Shown here in pieces: positions 30,918 to 43,018 of a stretch of DNA of 64,000 bases. Source of the stretch: an uncultured Planctomycetaceae bacterium (GTDB taxonomy: Bacteria > Planctomycetota > Planctomycetia > Pirellulales > PALSA-1355); assembly GCA_963785305.1 (NCBI GenBank), contig CAWAUV010000006.1, forward strand, positions 102,724-166,723, in the 5' to 3' direction. A program made the position numbers and the translations under genes. Numbering within the stretch: position 1 is the first letter of the stretch; the number at the start of each line of letters is the position of its first letter. The notes under the pieces are model-generated. The model was not told the origin of the DNA and did not search any database. It worked only from the letters and a program-made list of their open reading frames with translations.

Positions 30918-32072
30918 ATGCATTGTTCCACGCTCGCGAACCGCTCTCGCTCGCGTTCGACTTCTTGCCGGCTCGCTCCTAGCAGCCCGTTGATTTATTC
31001 AATGGGCTGCTGGGTCGCATGGATGCGATCACAAAATAGCGCCGTAAGTCGTTATTCTGCGAGCCGCACGCAGCTTTGCCGCGTGCTTGGCGAGGTTGAA
31101 ATAAGCCACGAGGGCTTATTTCAACGGACTGTTAGCCGCGCGATCGTTTCCTGCCTGGCTGTTGGTGCATTCAACATCGCCTTGGCGGCGCGGGCCACTG
31201 AAGTGCGGGTCGCCCGCACCGAGACCGGCGCGGCGATCACGGTCGACGATCGCCCGTTTGCCAACTATCTGACCCATTCGGGAACCAAGCCCGTGGTGTG
31301 GCCGGTGCTGGGGCCCGATCAGATTCCGATGACCCGGGCCTGGCCGCTCGACGATTCCAAGCCGGCTGATTCCCATGACCATCCGCATCAGCGCTCGCTC
31401 TGGTTTTCGTATGGGCTGGTCGATGGCGTCGATTTTTGGGCCGAAACCCCGGGCGCCGGGCATATCGACCATCGCGAATTCGTCGAGCTCACAAGCGGCC
31501 CGAGCGGAGTGGTCAAGACGCGCAATGATTGGGTCGCCCCCGATGGCCGCAAGCTCCTCGAAGACGAACGCCGGCTCGAATTCTCGGCCATGGGCGAGTC
31601 GCGCTTCATCGACTTCGACATCGTGCTCCAAGCCGCCGGCGCCGCGGTGCATTTTGGGGACACGAAGGAAGGCGCATTCGGGGTGCGCGTGGCGGAATCG
31701 CTGGCCGTGAAAAACAAGCAGGGCGGCCAGATCAAGAACGACGCGGGCCTCACGGACAAAGCCGCCTGGGGCCAGCCCGCGCGCTGGGTCGACTACCATG
31801 GCAAGATCGACGATCGCCCGGTGGGCATCGCCCTGATGAATCATCCCGCCAGTTTTCATTTTCCGACGCGCTGGCATGTGCGCGACTATGGACTCTTCGC
31901 GGCGAATCCGTTTGGCGCGAGAGACTTCGGCGCCGACTCGCCCGGCGGATACACGCTGCCGGCCGGCGAATCGATCAAGCTTTCGTACCGCGTGGTCCTG
32001 CATCGCGGCGACGACGAAACCGCGGGACTCGCGGCGGCGTATGAAGCCTATGCGGCGAAGAAACGGCCATGA
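30918..32072 (+). CDS. 'PmoA'/DUF6807-family protein (not a methane monooxygenase); true start likely downstream
   Basis: DHPHQRSLWF, FGDTKEG, WVDYHG, WHVRDYGLFAANPF. Confidence 0.8.
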   Translation: MHCSTLANRSRSRSTSCRLAPSSPLIYSMGCWVAWMRSQNSAVSRYSASRTQLCRVLGEVEISHEGLFQRTVSRAIVSCLAVGAFNIALAARATEVRVARTETGAAITVDDRPFANYLTHSGTKPVVWPVLGPDQIPMTRAWPLDDSKPADSHDHPHQRSLWFSYGLVDGVDFWAETPGAGHIDHREFVELTSGPSGVVKTRNDWVAPDGRKLLEDERRLEFSAMGESRFIDFDIVLQAAGAAVHFGDTKEGAFGVRVAESLAVKNKQGGQIKNDAGLTDKAAWGQPARWVDYHGKIDDRPVGIALMNHPASFHFPTRWHVRDYGLFAANPFGARDFGADSPGGYTLPAGESIKLSYRVVLHRGDDETAGLAAAYEAYAAKKRP

Positions 32073-32219
32073 GAACTGAATTGGCCGGCGATCGTCGGAT
32101 TCCCTCGCTTACCGACGAGATGAAATATCGGGGGATCTGCGGCGGCCGCCAGCTGTGTTTGTCTTTTTTCCATGAGCGCCCGTGAAATTGTGAGCGTCCG
32201 TGAAATTCCGTGGCGAAGA

Positions 32220-32678
32220 TTACCTCGCTCCTCGGCCCGGGACCACCGCCGCTCCAGGGCCCGGAACCATCGCCGCGAATGTCCGCTTCACGCTCGCGCG
32301 GCGGAGCACCATGATCGTGACCACGCCGAGCAGTGTGCCAAACGGAGTGAAGAAGCACTCGACGACAGCCACGGCGACGCAAAAGCGGTACCACCGCCGA
32401 CGGTTCAAGCACCTGCCGGCCACGAGCGCGAGCACGATCATCGCCAGCGCGCTCCCCACGAGCGCTGCCCGCAGCGCCACGAAGCGAACCAACGACTCAT
32501 CGGCCGGCGGCGAAAAGCCGGGCGGCATGCCGGGCGCCGGCCAATAGGTGGCGATCACCGCGTACACAAACGCCGCGATCGCCACCAGCGCCGCGAAGCC
32601 GCTCATCATATAGTGAAACAGCGCGAGGCCGCGAAGGTCGTCGCGATCTTGCTGGGTTTCTTCCAACGATGTGTTCAA
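32220..32678 (-). CDS. Hypothetical membrane protein
   Basis: Multiple TM helices; PFGTLLGVVTIMVL.R.SVK..F motif. Confidence 0.65.
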   Translation of the reverse strand: MNTSLEETQQDRDDLRGLALFHYMMSGFAALVAIAAFVYAVIATYWPAPGMPPGFSPPADESLVRFVALRAALVGSALAMIVLALVAGRCLNRRRWYRFCVAVAVVECFFTPFGTLLGVVTIMVLRRASVKRTFAAMVPGPGAAVVPGRGAR

Positions 32679-32700
32679 GGTCCTGGCTCGCCCGCGTCGT

Positions 32701-34038
32701 TCAAATCAATTCGGCCATCGGTTCCGCGTAGTCGACCAGATATTGTGGCCGACCGGCCAAATCTTGCAAAGTCACCCGATTGGCGTTGATGCCCAGGGCG
32801 TGGTAGAGCGTGGCGAAAACCTCGGAGAACTGCACCGGCCGGTCGAGCGCTTCGCCGCCGGTTTTGTCGGTGGCGCCGATCACCTGGCCGGTGCGAAGTC
32901 CACCGCCGGCCAGCAGGGCGCAGGACACTCGCGGCCAATGGTCGCGTCCGCCTTCTTTGTTGATCACCGGAGTGCGGCCGAATTCGCCCCACACCACGAC
33001 CGACACATCGCGCTCCAGCCCGCGCTCGTGCAGATCGGCGAGGAGCGCCGAGAGGCCCTGATCGAGCATCGGCATATCTTGCCGGCCGGCGGTGAAGGTG
33101 TCGTTGTGCCAGTCCCAGCGGCTGAAGGCCAGGGTGACGCAGCGAGCGCCGGCCTCGATCAGGCGCCGGGCGGCGAGAAATTGCTCCATGAGCTTCGGCC
33201 CGCCATCGTCGCGATTGTGAGCATCGCCTTTGCCGTATCGCTCGCGCACCGCGGCGTCTTCGCGCGAGACATCGAGCGCGTCGAGCAGGCGGCTGCTGGT
33301 GAGCACTCCGAAGGCTTGCTCGGTGAAGCTATCCATGCCGCGCATCATGCCCGAGGCGTCGGCGTCGCGGCGAAAGCGGTCGAAGCTCGTGAGCAGGGCG
33401 TGGCGATCGTTGAGCCGGTCGAGCGTCACGCCTTTGAGCGTCATGTCGTCGGCGCCGCCGCCCTCGGGCCGAAAGGGCGCATGGCCGATGCCCAGGTAGC
33501 CCGGCTCGCCCGGATCGGCCCAGGGCATGTGTCCCATCTTGGGCGCGAGGCCCACAAACGGCGGCACGCCCGGATTGACCGGCCCGGCGAGCTTCGACAA
33601 AGTCGAGCCGAGCGACGGCCATCCGCCGGGCGGCTGGTTGTTTTTCGTTCGTCCGGTCTGGCATTGAAAGGCCGCGTGTTCGCTGCCGCATCCGACCAGC
33701 GAACGAATGATCGCCACCTTGTCCATCATTTGGGCGAGCCGCGGAAAGTGCTCGCAGATTTCAATTCCCGGCACATTGGTGCGAATCGGTCGAAATTCGC
33801 CGCGGACTTCGACCGGGGCCGCCATTTTCAGGTCGAACATATCCTGGTGGGGCGGCCCGCCAGGCAAGTAGATCATGATGATGCCTTTGTGCCCTAGGCG
33901 ATGGCCGGTGGTCGTTTCGGCGCGAAGCACCTCGGGCAGGGCCATGCCGCCCAACGCCAAGCCGCCGATTTTGAGAAACGAACGACGGGAGAGCCCATCG
34001 CAAAAAGACCGCTGCCGAGGTCCGAGCACATTCAGCAT
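32701..34038 (-). CDS. DUF1501 family protein
   Basis: SRRSFL (Tat-like), [28 protein letters not shown]. Confidence 0.92.
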   Translation of the reverse strand: MLNVLGPRQRSFCDGLSRRSFLKIGGLALGGMALPEVLRAETTTGHRLGHKGIIMIYLPGGPPHQDMFDLKMAAPVEVRGEFRPIRTNVPGIEICEHFPRLAQMMDKVAIIRSLVGCGSEHAAFQCQTGRTKNNQPPGGWPSLGSTLSKLAGPVNPGVPPFVGLAPKMGHMPWADPGEPGYLGIGHAPFRPEGGGADDMTLKGVTLDRLNDRHALLTSFDRFRRDADASGMMRGMDSFTEQAFGVLTSSRLLDALDVSREDAAVRERYGKGDAHNRDDGGPKLMEQFLAARRLIEAGARCVTLAFSRWDWHNDTFTAGRQDMPMLDQGLSALLADLHERGLERDVSVVVWGEFGRTPVINKEGGRDHWPRVSCALLAGGGLRTGQVIGATDKTGGEALDRPVQFSEVFATLYHALGINANRVTLQDLAGRPQYLVDYAEPMAELI

Positions 34039-34109
34039 TTCGATTCCCTCCGAAAGCCTGTCGCCAAAACCGAGGGGAGCATCGTGCTCCTTGGCGAATG
34101 GGTCGACCA

Positions 34110-34176
34110 GAATAAGGATTACTTATTCCGATGACGTTATTTACTTAATAATAGCAGCGCCGTGGCGAAAAAGCAA
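34110..34176 (-). promoter_or_regulatory. Putative sigma70 promoter of the DUF1501 gene with downstream palindrome
   Basis: Minus-strand TTGCTT-17 nt-TATTAT; GAATAAG-N5-CTTATTC at 34110-34128. Confidence 0.5.
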
Positions 34177-34605
34177 CCTGAGTTTCCGGGAGCTGATCTG
34201 TTCGCAAGTCATATCAGGGCAAGGAATTGCGAATCGCTGCCGGTTATGGCGAAAGTCGCGGCTCACCAATGGCGCCGCCGAATTGCTAGTAATGCACGCG
34301 CTGATCGGCCCGGAAGTGGTCGCGCCCTTTAAAAAGGGGGCGGGGCAAGGCGACGCGAACGCAGCGCGAGCAAACCTAACAGCTTGTTGAAATCGTCGAT
34401 CGGCCGCGCCGCCAGGGGGATGCATGCGCCAACGAGTTGGTGGCCGGGGGCCGAGAGGCTCAGGGTCGCCCCGGCGGGCTCCGCGCGACCGAATCCGCAT
34501 TCTCGGCCTCTCGGCCGGCGTTTCGCGAATTTCGGCGCCATTCGCCCCCCGCGTAAGGTACAATTGTTACCGATATCACTTCGCCTCCCTCGGCAATGTC
34601 AACTC

Positions 34606-35974
34606 ATGACCGTTCCTCAGCAGCAGAAAGCCAGGCTTCAGCGTCTGGCGCTGGCCAGCGGGCTGGTCACGGCCGAGCAATGGAAAGCGGCCGATCATGC
34701 GGTGCGCACCGCCGATCGCCGCATCGGGGCCATGGACGAGACTCCCAACGATCAGGTCGCCGCGCAACTCATTGCCAGCGGGGTGCTCAACCAATGGCAA
34801 GTCGAACAGCTCAAGAATGGGCGCTCGAAGTTTACGCTCGGCCCCTATCAGATCATCGAGTCGATTGGCGAAGGTGGCATGGGCCAAGTGTTCAAGGGTG
34901 TCCACACGATCATGGGGCGTGTCGTGGCGATCAAGGTATTGCCGCGTCACAAAGCCACGCCCACGGCAATCAACTGCTTCACTCGCGAGATTCGCGCCCA
35001 GGCCCAGTTCGATCATGAAAACTTGGTGCGCGCGTTCGACGCCGGTTACGATGGCAATGTCTATTTCCTCGTGTGCGAGTATGTGCCCGGCACCGATCTG
35101 CGGCGGCTGGTGCGTTCGCGAGGCAAGCTCTCGGTACACGACGCGGCCACGATTGTCTCCCAAGCGGCGCACGGGCTGATGCATGCCCATGTGCGCGGAC
35201 TGATCCATCGCGACGTAAAGCCGGGCAACTTGCTGGTCACGCCCGAGGGACTCACCAAGGTCTCGGATTTGGGCCTCGCCGGCTTCTTGGGCCGCGACGA
35301 CGAAGATCCCGACCCCCGGGCCGGCAAAGTCGTGGGCACGGCCGACTATCTGGCGCCCGAACAAGTGCTCACTCCCGACCGCGTGACACAAGTGGCCGAC
35401 ATTTACGCGCTCGGAGTGACGCTCTACTACGCGGTGACGGGGAAAGTTCCGTTCGCCGGCGGCACGGCGCGAGAAGGCGCGGCGGCACCTGGAAGAACCG
35501 CCCCTGAACCCGCGCCGGCTCACTCCCGACCTGCCCGAGGAGTTCGTGGCCGTAATTGCGGCGATGATGGAGAAACGGCCAGCCGATCGCATTCAAACCG
35601 CCGAGGAAGTGATGAAGCGGCTATCGCCCTGGGCGCGAGCCACGATGAATCCCTGGGTGGGCGAATTGGCCCGCGAAGCGCCGGGGGCGAGCCGGCTGCC
35701 CACTTCCGTCGCGCCGCCGGTGATCTCCGAAACGACGCCGGGCTTCTTTGGCGAGTCGCCGCACGTCTCCGATGGCAGTTCGAGCCAAATCTCGCAAGGC
35801 ACCGATCCGGTAAACGCCGCGCTCGAGCAAACCATTCCCGACGCGTTCGGCCGTCCGCCGGCCACGGGCAAGCGCTCGCCGCTGGCCGTGGGCCTGGTGA
35901 TTGTGGTGCTCACCCCGCTGATGCTCGCCGCCGGCCTGCTGATCGCCGCCCTGGTGCTGGAAGCGACACGGTAG
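34606..35974 (+). CDS. Hanks-type Ser/Thr protein kinase with C-terminal TM; frameshift near 35470
   Basis: IGEGGMGQV, VAIK, HRDVKPGN, DLGLA, GTADYLAPE; continuation in ORF 35546-35974. Confidence 0.9.
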
Positions 35975-35987
35975 AGCTAGGGTTCCA

Positions 35988-36156
35988 GCGCATTGTCATA
36001 GTTGAAATGACAGGTTTGGAACCGTTTCGCGACGCCATGCCCACGGTCCCGCGTGGACTGAGGACCGTGCGCCGAGCTTGAAAACATGCCCACGCAAGCG
36101 TGGGCATGACACCCGAGCAAACGGGGTTACCTATCATTTCAGCCGTGACAAAGCAC
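35988..36156 (+). mobile_element. MITE-like element, copy 3
   Basis: Same TIRs; internal ATGCCCACGCAAGCGTGGGCATG; right end abuts the CTAG containing the neighbour's stop codon. Confidence 0.75.
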
Positions 36157-36692
36157 TAGAAACGATGGTCTTTGTCGCTCGCGTTTTCGATTTTCCAGTG
36201 TCCATCGATCTTCTTGAGGTCGACCGACACCGGAACCATCACTTCCTCGCGGCCGATCGCGTCGGCGCCCGTCTTTTCTTGGATTCGGGCGCGAGCCAGG
36301 AAGGTGACGGTCGCCGTGGGCGGCGCGGCGCCATCGCGCAGGGTCACTTCATAGTCGCCGCCGACATGAGCCTCCTTGAAGGTCACCCGGTTGAACAACA
36401 TGCGCACCCGATTTTGGAGCTCGAGGGCTTCGGGATCGACGAATGCGAGCGGCTTTCCGGGGTCATTGGTCATCATCGCATGCGCGGCGCCGTCGAGCGT
36501 GGAGCGAATCGCCTCGCGATCGGTGACGACCATGCGCTCGGTAAAGAGCAGCGCGAGTCCGAGCACTCCGACGATGAACATGGCCCCGATGAATTTCACG
36601 CGTCCGGTGCGCAGCAGAATCGCCACGAGCACGAACTCGGTGAGCACGACGGCGCCGATGATCGTCGTCGGGCTTTCCATCAACCAAGTCAT
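36156..36692 (-). CDS. Membrane protein with NTF2-like C-terminal domain
   Basis: Two N-terminal TMs; VTDREAI...; C-terminal LKKIDGHWKI. Confidence 0.65.
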   Translation of the reverse strand: MTWLMESPTTIIGAVVLTEFVLVAILLRTGRVKFIGAMFIVGVLGLALLFTERMVVTDREAIRSTLDGAAHAMMTNDPGKPLAFVDPEALELQNRVRMLFNRVTFKEAHVGGDYEVTLRDGAAPPTATVTFLARARIQEKTGADAIGREEVMVPVSVDLKKIDGHWKIENASDKDHRF

Positions 36693-36782
36693 GTCGCCGC
36701 CTTATGTTCGCGAACCGAGGGGGGGTCGCCTTGCTTGCCGCGAGCCAACGAGAAGCCCTTCCTGGGCCGCGCGCCGAGGCCG

Positions 36783-38129
<1,347 letters not shown>

Positions 38130-38532
38130 TCAATGAAAAAACCTGTCGAACGCCGTGGTTTCCCAAACCAATCAGCGACAATTGTGCCGAATCGCCCCCC
38201 GATTGCCTAGCCCCCGCTGAACAAAACGCAAGCCGCCGGGGGGAGTCATCCTCGACAATCCCCGGGGGCATGCTTCAGCCGCTCACCTGCCGCCAGACGT
38301 CCCCCAAGACGGGACCGCGCCGACGCCCACCACTCCGCGCCTCGACGCCACACGAATCGCATGCTCCGAAAATGGTTCGCCGGCGTCGGTTTGCTTCGAC
38401 GGAAACGATTTTTCTTCGCGGGGCAATTCTTCACGGATTTTTAGAGAAAACCGGGCCACCTGTTCGCTAGTATCCCGACCTCGAACAACGTCACCATCGG
38501 TCAAGGCGCCCCAGCGAAAGGAAGGCATTTCG

Positions 38533-39944
38533 ATGCGCGCGAGCATTGTCATAGCGGCTCATAACGAGGGAACGCATCTGCGTCGAACCGTCGAATCCTG
38601 TTTGGCGACGGTCGGCACACTCGATTACGAAATCATCATCGCCGACGACGCGTCGACCGATGGATCGGTCGACGATCTTGCCCGCCGAACTCCGCGAGCC
38701 AGATTTGTGCGCTGCGATGAACGCAAAGGCGCCTCGCCCACCAAAGCCGCCGGCGCGGAGGCGGCCCGCGGTGAAACATTGATCTTCTTGGACGGCCACT
38801 CGAATCCCGAGCCCGGCGCCTTGGAACGTCTGGTCGACGATGTCGAGCATGTGCGCGGCCAGGCGATCGTCACCCCGCGCGTGGCCGCGCTCTGCACGCG
38901 TTTGTGGCGCAACAAATCGAGTCAGGTCGGCAGCGGCTATTCGCTGACGCTCGACACGCTCGACTGCGGCTGGATGCCCGAGAGTCGGCTCCGCGGCGCC
39001 GACGAGCGCGGGCGACGCTTCTTCGAGTCGCCGGCGCTCATCGGGTGCGCGTTGGCGGTGAGCCGCGAGCTTTACGACCGCTTGCGGGGCTTCGACGCCC
39101 ATATGTTTTGCTGGGGCGTCGAGGACTTGGACCTGGGGCTCAAGTGCTGGTTGCTCGGCCACCCGATCTTGCACGACCCGGCGCCGGTCATCGGGCATCG
39201 CTTTCGAGCCGCGTTCGACAACTACACGGTTTCGCCGGAGAACGTGCTGGCAAACCAAATGCGCATGCGCGCAAGCATTTCACGCATTCGGTCTGAAATA
39301 ACTGGCTCGAACTCTGCCGATTAAGAAACAGCGGGCCGCTGGCCGGTCGGCCCGAGGGGCTGTGGGCGCGGGCCTGGCAGCTTTTCAAAGCGGATCGCGC
39401 GAGCGTCGAAGGCGAGCGCGAGTTCCTGCATTCGCAGCGCGTTCGCGACGAGTTCTGGTACGCCGAACGCTTCGGCTTGGCGTGGCCGAAGCTGGGGGAA
39501 AGGAAGAACCAAGGGGCCGCCGCCGGACAGACGCACGGGCTCAACGCCGGAAGCCTGCGCGCGGACGGCGGCTTGCCGAGCCCGTCACCGCAGCCCAGTC
39601 CCTCGCCGAGCCCCAGCCCGAGCCCGTCGCCGGACGTTTGCAGCCAGTGCAAAATCAAGTGGGCGACAGGCGATTCGATCACCGACGCCAACCGCGACGT
39701 GCTTCCTGGCCATCAGATCAACCTTAAGCTCTTCTGTGACGTAGGGACGCCGACGTCGATCAAGTGGTCAATTCCAGGCACGATCTTCAGGAACTACGTC
39801 ATCACCCAAACAGAGAACACGTCCTCGGCGTACGTAGCACCCATATCGCCAAATGACTTAATTCTTCCTTCCGTCACGTTTTACTGGTCCGATGTTGGAA
39901 ATGGGCGCACGATTAGCGTATCATTTCAAATAGACGGTGTTAGT
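38533..39944 (+). pseudogene. 5' part of GT2 glycosyltransferase-(SP)n-Cys-rich fusion gene (frameshift ~39270, TGA 39294, IS at 39945)
   Basis: SIVIAAHNE, DDASTDGS, FLDGH, WGVEDLDL; reading continues into PSPSPQPSPSPSPSPSPSPD and an AT-richer domain. Confidence 0.75.
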
Positions 39945-41479
39945 CCTTAAACAAGCGTACGCGGTTGCGTTTTGCGGCGGTTTCGCGCGGCTGGCGGTGC
40001 GCACGGCGTGAGCGGGCGGCGCCGGCGGGCGCGCTACTCTCGGCGGCGGGTTTTTGTTTGGCATTGGCGGTTGGCTTTCCTGGTTCGGCGTGGCGGCGGA
40101 CCGGAGCGTCCGGACTCCGGCTTCAATTGATCGGCGTCAACATCGCAGGCCGTCCAGCCAGCGAAACAACACGACTTGCCAGCGATTCCAACCCAACAAA
40201 CGATAGATCAATCTTCGCCCGCCACGCACGATTTGACATGGCATCCGAATGAAAGCGTTGCGGAATGTCTTGAACTCCATCTTGAGCACCGTCTTCTTTT
40301 CCTCGCGCCGCGCTTCTTGTTCGCGGCCCGGCGGCTCGGGCAAGAGCAAGGCCCACCACGCCTTCAGGTTCCAGGCCAGCGAGACCATCACCATGTAGGC
40401 CCAGTTGCTCACCAAGTTGTCGACCGGCGCGTGCAAGGCGCGCACCGCGCCTTTAAGCTGCGCGTTCAGGTTCTCTTGATCGCAGCGGTCGTTCGCCTCG
40501 AACACCACTTCGGCCGGCGTGAGCTCGCGATCGTTCGTCAAGTAGAAGAAGTAGCGATAGCTGGAAAACAGCGTCCGCTGACCTTGGTGCTCGTCGATCC
40601 ACTTGCGCACCACCACCAGGCGGTACACCTTCTTGCACGCCGTGGGTCGATAATCGAACTCGGCGACCTCTTCGCCCACCAGCCGCAGGTTCTTGAATTC
40701 CCGCTCGCGCACGATGCCTTGTTTAACGTTGGTCGGCCGCGCCTGGCCGCCGGTGGGCGCGAACACGCCGTCCATGTCGATGCGGGCTTGGGCGAAGAAC
40801 TCGGCGGGCTGGCGGGCCCAAGCTTTATGTCGTGTTTCGTGGAAAGCTTCTTGCAGCGCGCGCACGTCGCTCGGCGTGAAACGGCGGCAGAAGTCGCCCG
40901 CCGTCGTCGGGTCGGGCACGCGCCGGGCGCCGAGCGCGTCGAGATAGACTTCGTCGTTGCGGCGCAGTTCGAGGTCTTCCAGGCAATCGCCGTCGCACAA
41001 GGCGTTGAACGCTAGGTTGAGCACATGATCGCTCTCATGATATGGCAGATGCACCTTGAGCAGATGCAATCGCCGATCGATCGCTTCGGCCAGCCCCAGT
41101 TCTTGGACCAGCAACCGCATCGCGCCGAAGCCGCCATAAGCCATGCCTTGCGCGCGCTCCGCAAGCTCATACTTGATATTGCCGGGCCGCATGATCGGGC
41201 GCTCGCAACCCTCGCAGTTGTGCTTGTCGATGCGCCGCTCGACCCGCCGCTTGCATGCGGCGAGACGTCGGCGTATCTTGGCCTGTGTTCTCTGGGTCTT
41301 GGCCCGCGCTCTTTGACGCTTGGCCCGCGCTCTTTGGTTCTTGGCTTTCACTCGAAATCCCTCGGTGGCCGTGGTGTTCGTGACTGGCAAAAAACACAGA
41401 ATACCGCAAATCCGCCGAGGGATTTCGCTTTTTCCAAAAACCTCCCCGCCCACGCCCTCAAAGGGATACTGGTTTAAGG
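39945..41479 (-). mobile_element. IS1380-family insertion sequence, 6 bp TSD GTTAGT
   Basis: Termini CCTTAAAC...GTTTAAGG; GTTAGT at 39939-44 and 41480-85; transposase ORF inside. Confidence 0.88.
40137..41453 (-). CDS. IS1380-family DDE transposase, probably internally deleted
   Basis: LLKVHLPYHESDHVL, PDPTTAGDFCRRF, IDMDG, RCDQEN..AQLK, SNWAYM. Confidence 0.85.
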   Translation of the reverse strand: MGGEVFGKSEIPRRICGILCFLPVTNTTATEGFRVKAKNQRARAKRQRARAKTQRTQAKIRRRLAACKRRVERRIDKHNCEGCERPIMRPGNIKYELAERAQGMAYGGFGAMRLLVQELGLAEAIDRRLHLLKVHLPYHESDHVLNLAFNALCDGDCLEDLELRRNDEVYLDALGARRVPDPTTAGDFCRRFTPSDVRALQEAFHETRHKAWARQPAEFFAQARIDMDGVFAPTGGQARPTNVKQGIVREREFKNLRLVGEEVAEFDYRPTACKKVYRLVVVRKWIDEHQGQRTLFSSYRYFFYLTNDRELTPAEVVFEANDRCDQENLNAQLKGAVRALHAPVDNLVSNWAYMVMVSLAWNLKAWWALLLPEPPGREQEARREEKKTVLKMEFKTFRNAFIRMPCQIVRGGRRLIYRLLGWNRWQVVLFRWLDGLRC

Positions 41480-42164
41480 GTTAGTTGCACGGCTTCGGCC
41501 ACGTTGAATGTGCTTGATCCGGAAGTCGGATTTTCAACGAACGGGGCGTCGTACGATCCTCCTCCGATTCCAAACATGATGATAACAAAAGACCAAACCG
41601 AGGTTTGCCTCGGAGGCGATGGGGCGGGCATCGCGTTTTATGCCTCGATCGATCGGCTGCCGCAATTCCAAAACATTCAGTGGCAATTCTGCGCAGCTGT
41701 TGAGCGGTTATTGGCAACTGAAACTCGCCAAGACCGACGAGTGTCGGCAAGTCACGACCGAAGGCGATTATTGCATCGACGGTTGGCCTTATGTCGCCGA
41801 TGCAGATCCCGGCGCCCCGCCCTGGCCGGACGACGGTATTGCATGTGGCGTGTCCGACCAGCCCGGCCAAAACCTTGCCGGATTGAGTCAGTCTGTTGGA
41901 AATCTAAAGTTGCGGACGTATATCATGTTCAAGCCCGCACAAGACCCGCCAGGAGCCGGACCGAGTTGCTGGGTGTCGCTACGACGCTGTTCATGGCAAA
42001 CCTCTTGGTGCGCCGAGTTGAATGGCGAATGGAAACTTGCCAGCCAGTCGGCTTCCGCCGCGTATTGGACGGTCGATCGCGATCAGCCGACGTGGGCCAA
42101 TGACTGGCATTACTTCAAGCCCGGCATAATCGAATGTCCCGACCCATGCGGCCCAGGCAGTTAA
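41480..42164 (+). pseudogene. 3' part of the IS-split GT2 fusion gene (Cys/Trp-rich domain; frameshift ~41693)
   Basis: Removing the IS and one TSD restores the in-frame sequence ...FQIDGVS-CTASATLNVLDPEVGF... Confidence 0.75.
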
Positions 42165-42214
42165 ACATGCGCTCGGGATCACGAGATACGCGTCCGCATT
42201 AAAGGAGTTGAAAA

Positions 42215-42795
42215 ATGATCGTTCGGCGCGAAATTCTATTTATTGGTGGAACTGCTTCCGGATTTTTGCTCGCTGTGGTTGCATTCTGGTTCGAATCGAC
42301 GCGGGCGGACGCGACGCTCGACGATCTTGGAGCACTTCCCATAAGCGCGGAAGACATGGCATTCACGATTCGCAAGGAGCAAGTTGGAGGCGTTCGCGTC
42401 GAGGCCCGAATTCCTAGCAGAAATGTTCGCGGAGCGTTAGTCCCGTTCACCGTGATCGTTACAAACCTCGGGGACGCCGCCGTAAGCATAAAACAAATCG
42501 GAGAATTGCCGCGATGCCGCGGCGACATTATTGATTGTTCCGATGGCAAACCACAGGAATTGACCCCGCTGGGCGAAATGACTTTCCATCCCGAGCAAAC
42601 CATTGCCGGCTGCAAGCAAGGGTTATCTTAAGCAAACGTGTCGTCAAGAGATACCAGTCGAATCTATTCCGCTATTGTCGATTCGAGATCGGTGATTACG
42701 AATTGCGAATGGCGATTGAGGTAAAACGGCCTGATACGCTCGAAGTGTTTTATGTACCGGTTAACAAAGTGTTTTTTTCAGTCGAGCGGGAATAG
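42215..42795 (+). CDS. Orphan exported protein; frameshift near 42615
   Basis: RBS AAGGAG, N-terminal hydrophobic segment, AT-richer; C-terminus in ORF 42535-42795. Confidence 0.55.
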
Positions 42796-42811
42796 GTGGT
42801 CCGCGGGCCGT

Positions 42812-42956
42812 ATGCCCACGCTTGCGTGGGCATGTAGCTCACTCCCGAATGTAAGGCCCCGCGGAAAAACATGCTGCTCGAGCCGCTCTCGTCGACTTTT
42901 TTGAAAAACCACCTCAGAGCGGTCTTCGCGAACATGCCCGCGCACGCGTGGGCATG
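42812..42956. repeat. Pair of REP-like palindromes (ATGCCCACGC..GCGTGGGCATG class)
   Basis: 42812-42833 and 42933-42956; same class as the MITE-internal palindromes. Confidence 0.75.
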
Positions 42957-43018
42957 GCGTTCGGCGCGGCATGGGGCTCGCCGCAGTTTAGGCATTTTGT
43001 TATGCCGATGGAGGGCGT

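Noticed and set aside
30918..32072. 'PmoA' family label suggesting methanotrophy
   Set aside because: Soluble beta-rich protein without the TM topology of pMMO subunits; no pmoB/pmoC nearby.
39294..39296. TGA as selenocysteine or genetic-code reassignment
   Set aside because: TGA and TAG end many normal genes in this window, no SECIS-like hairpin is evident, and the gene is independently disrupted by an IS.
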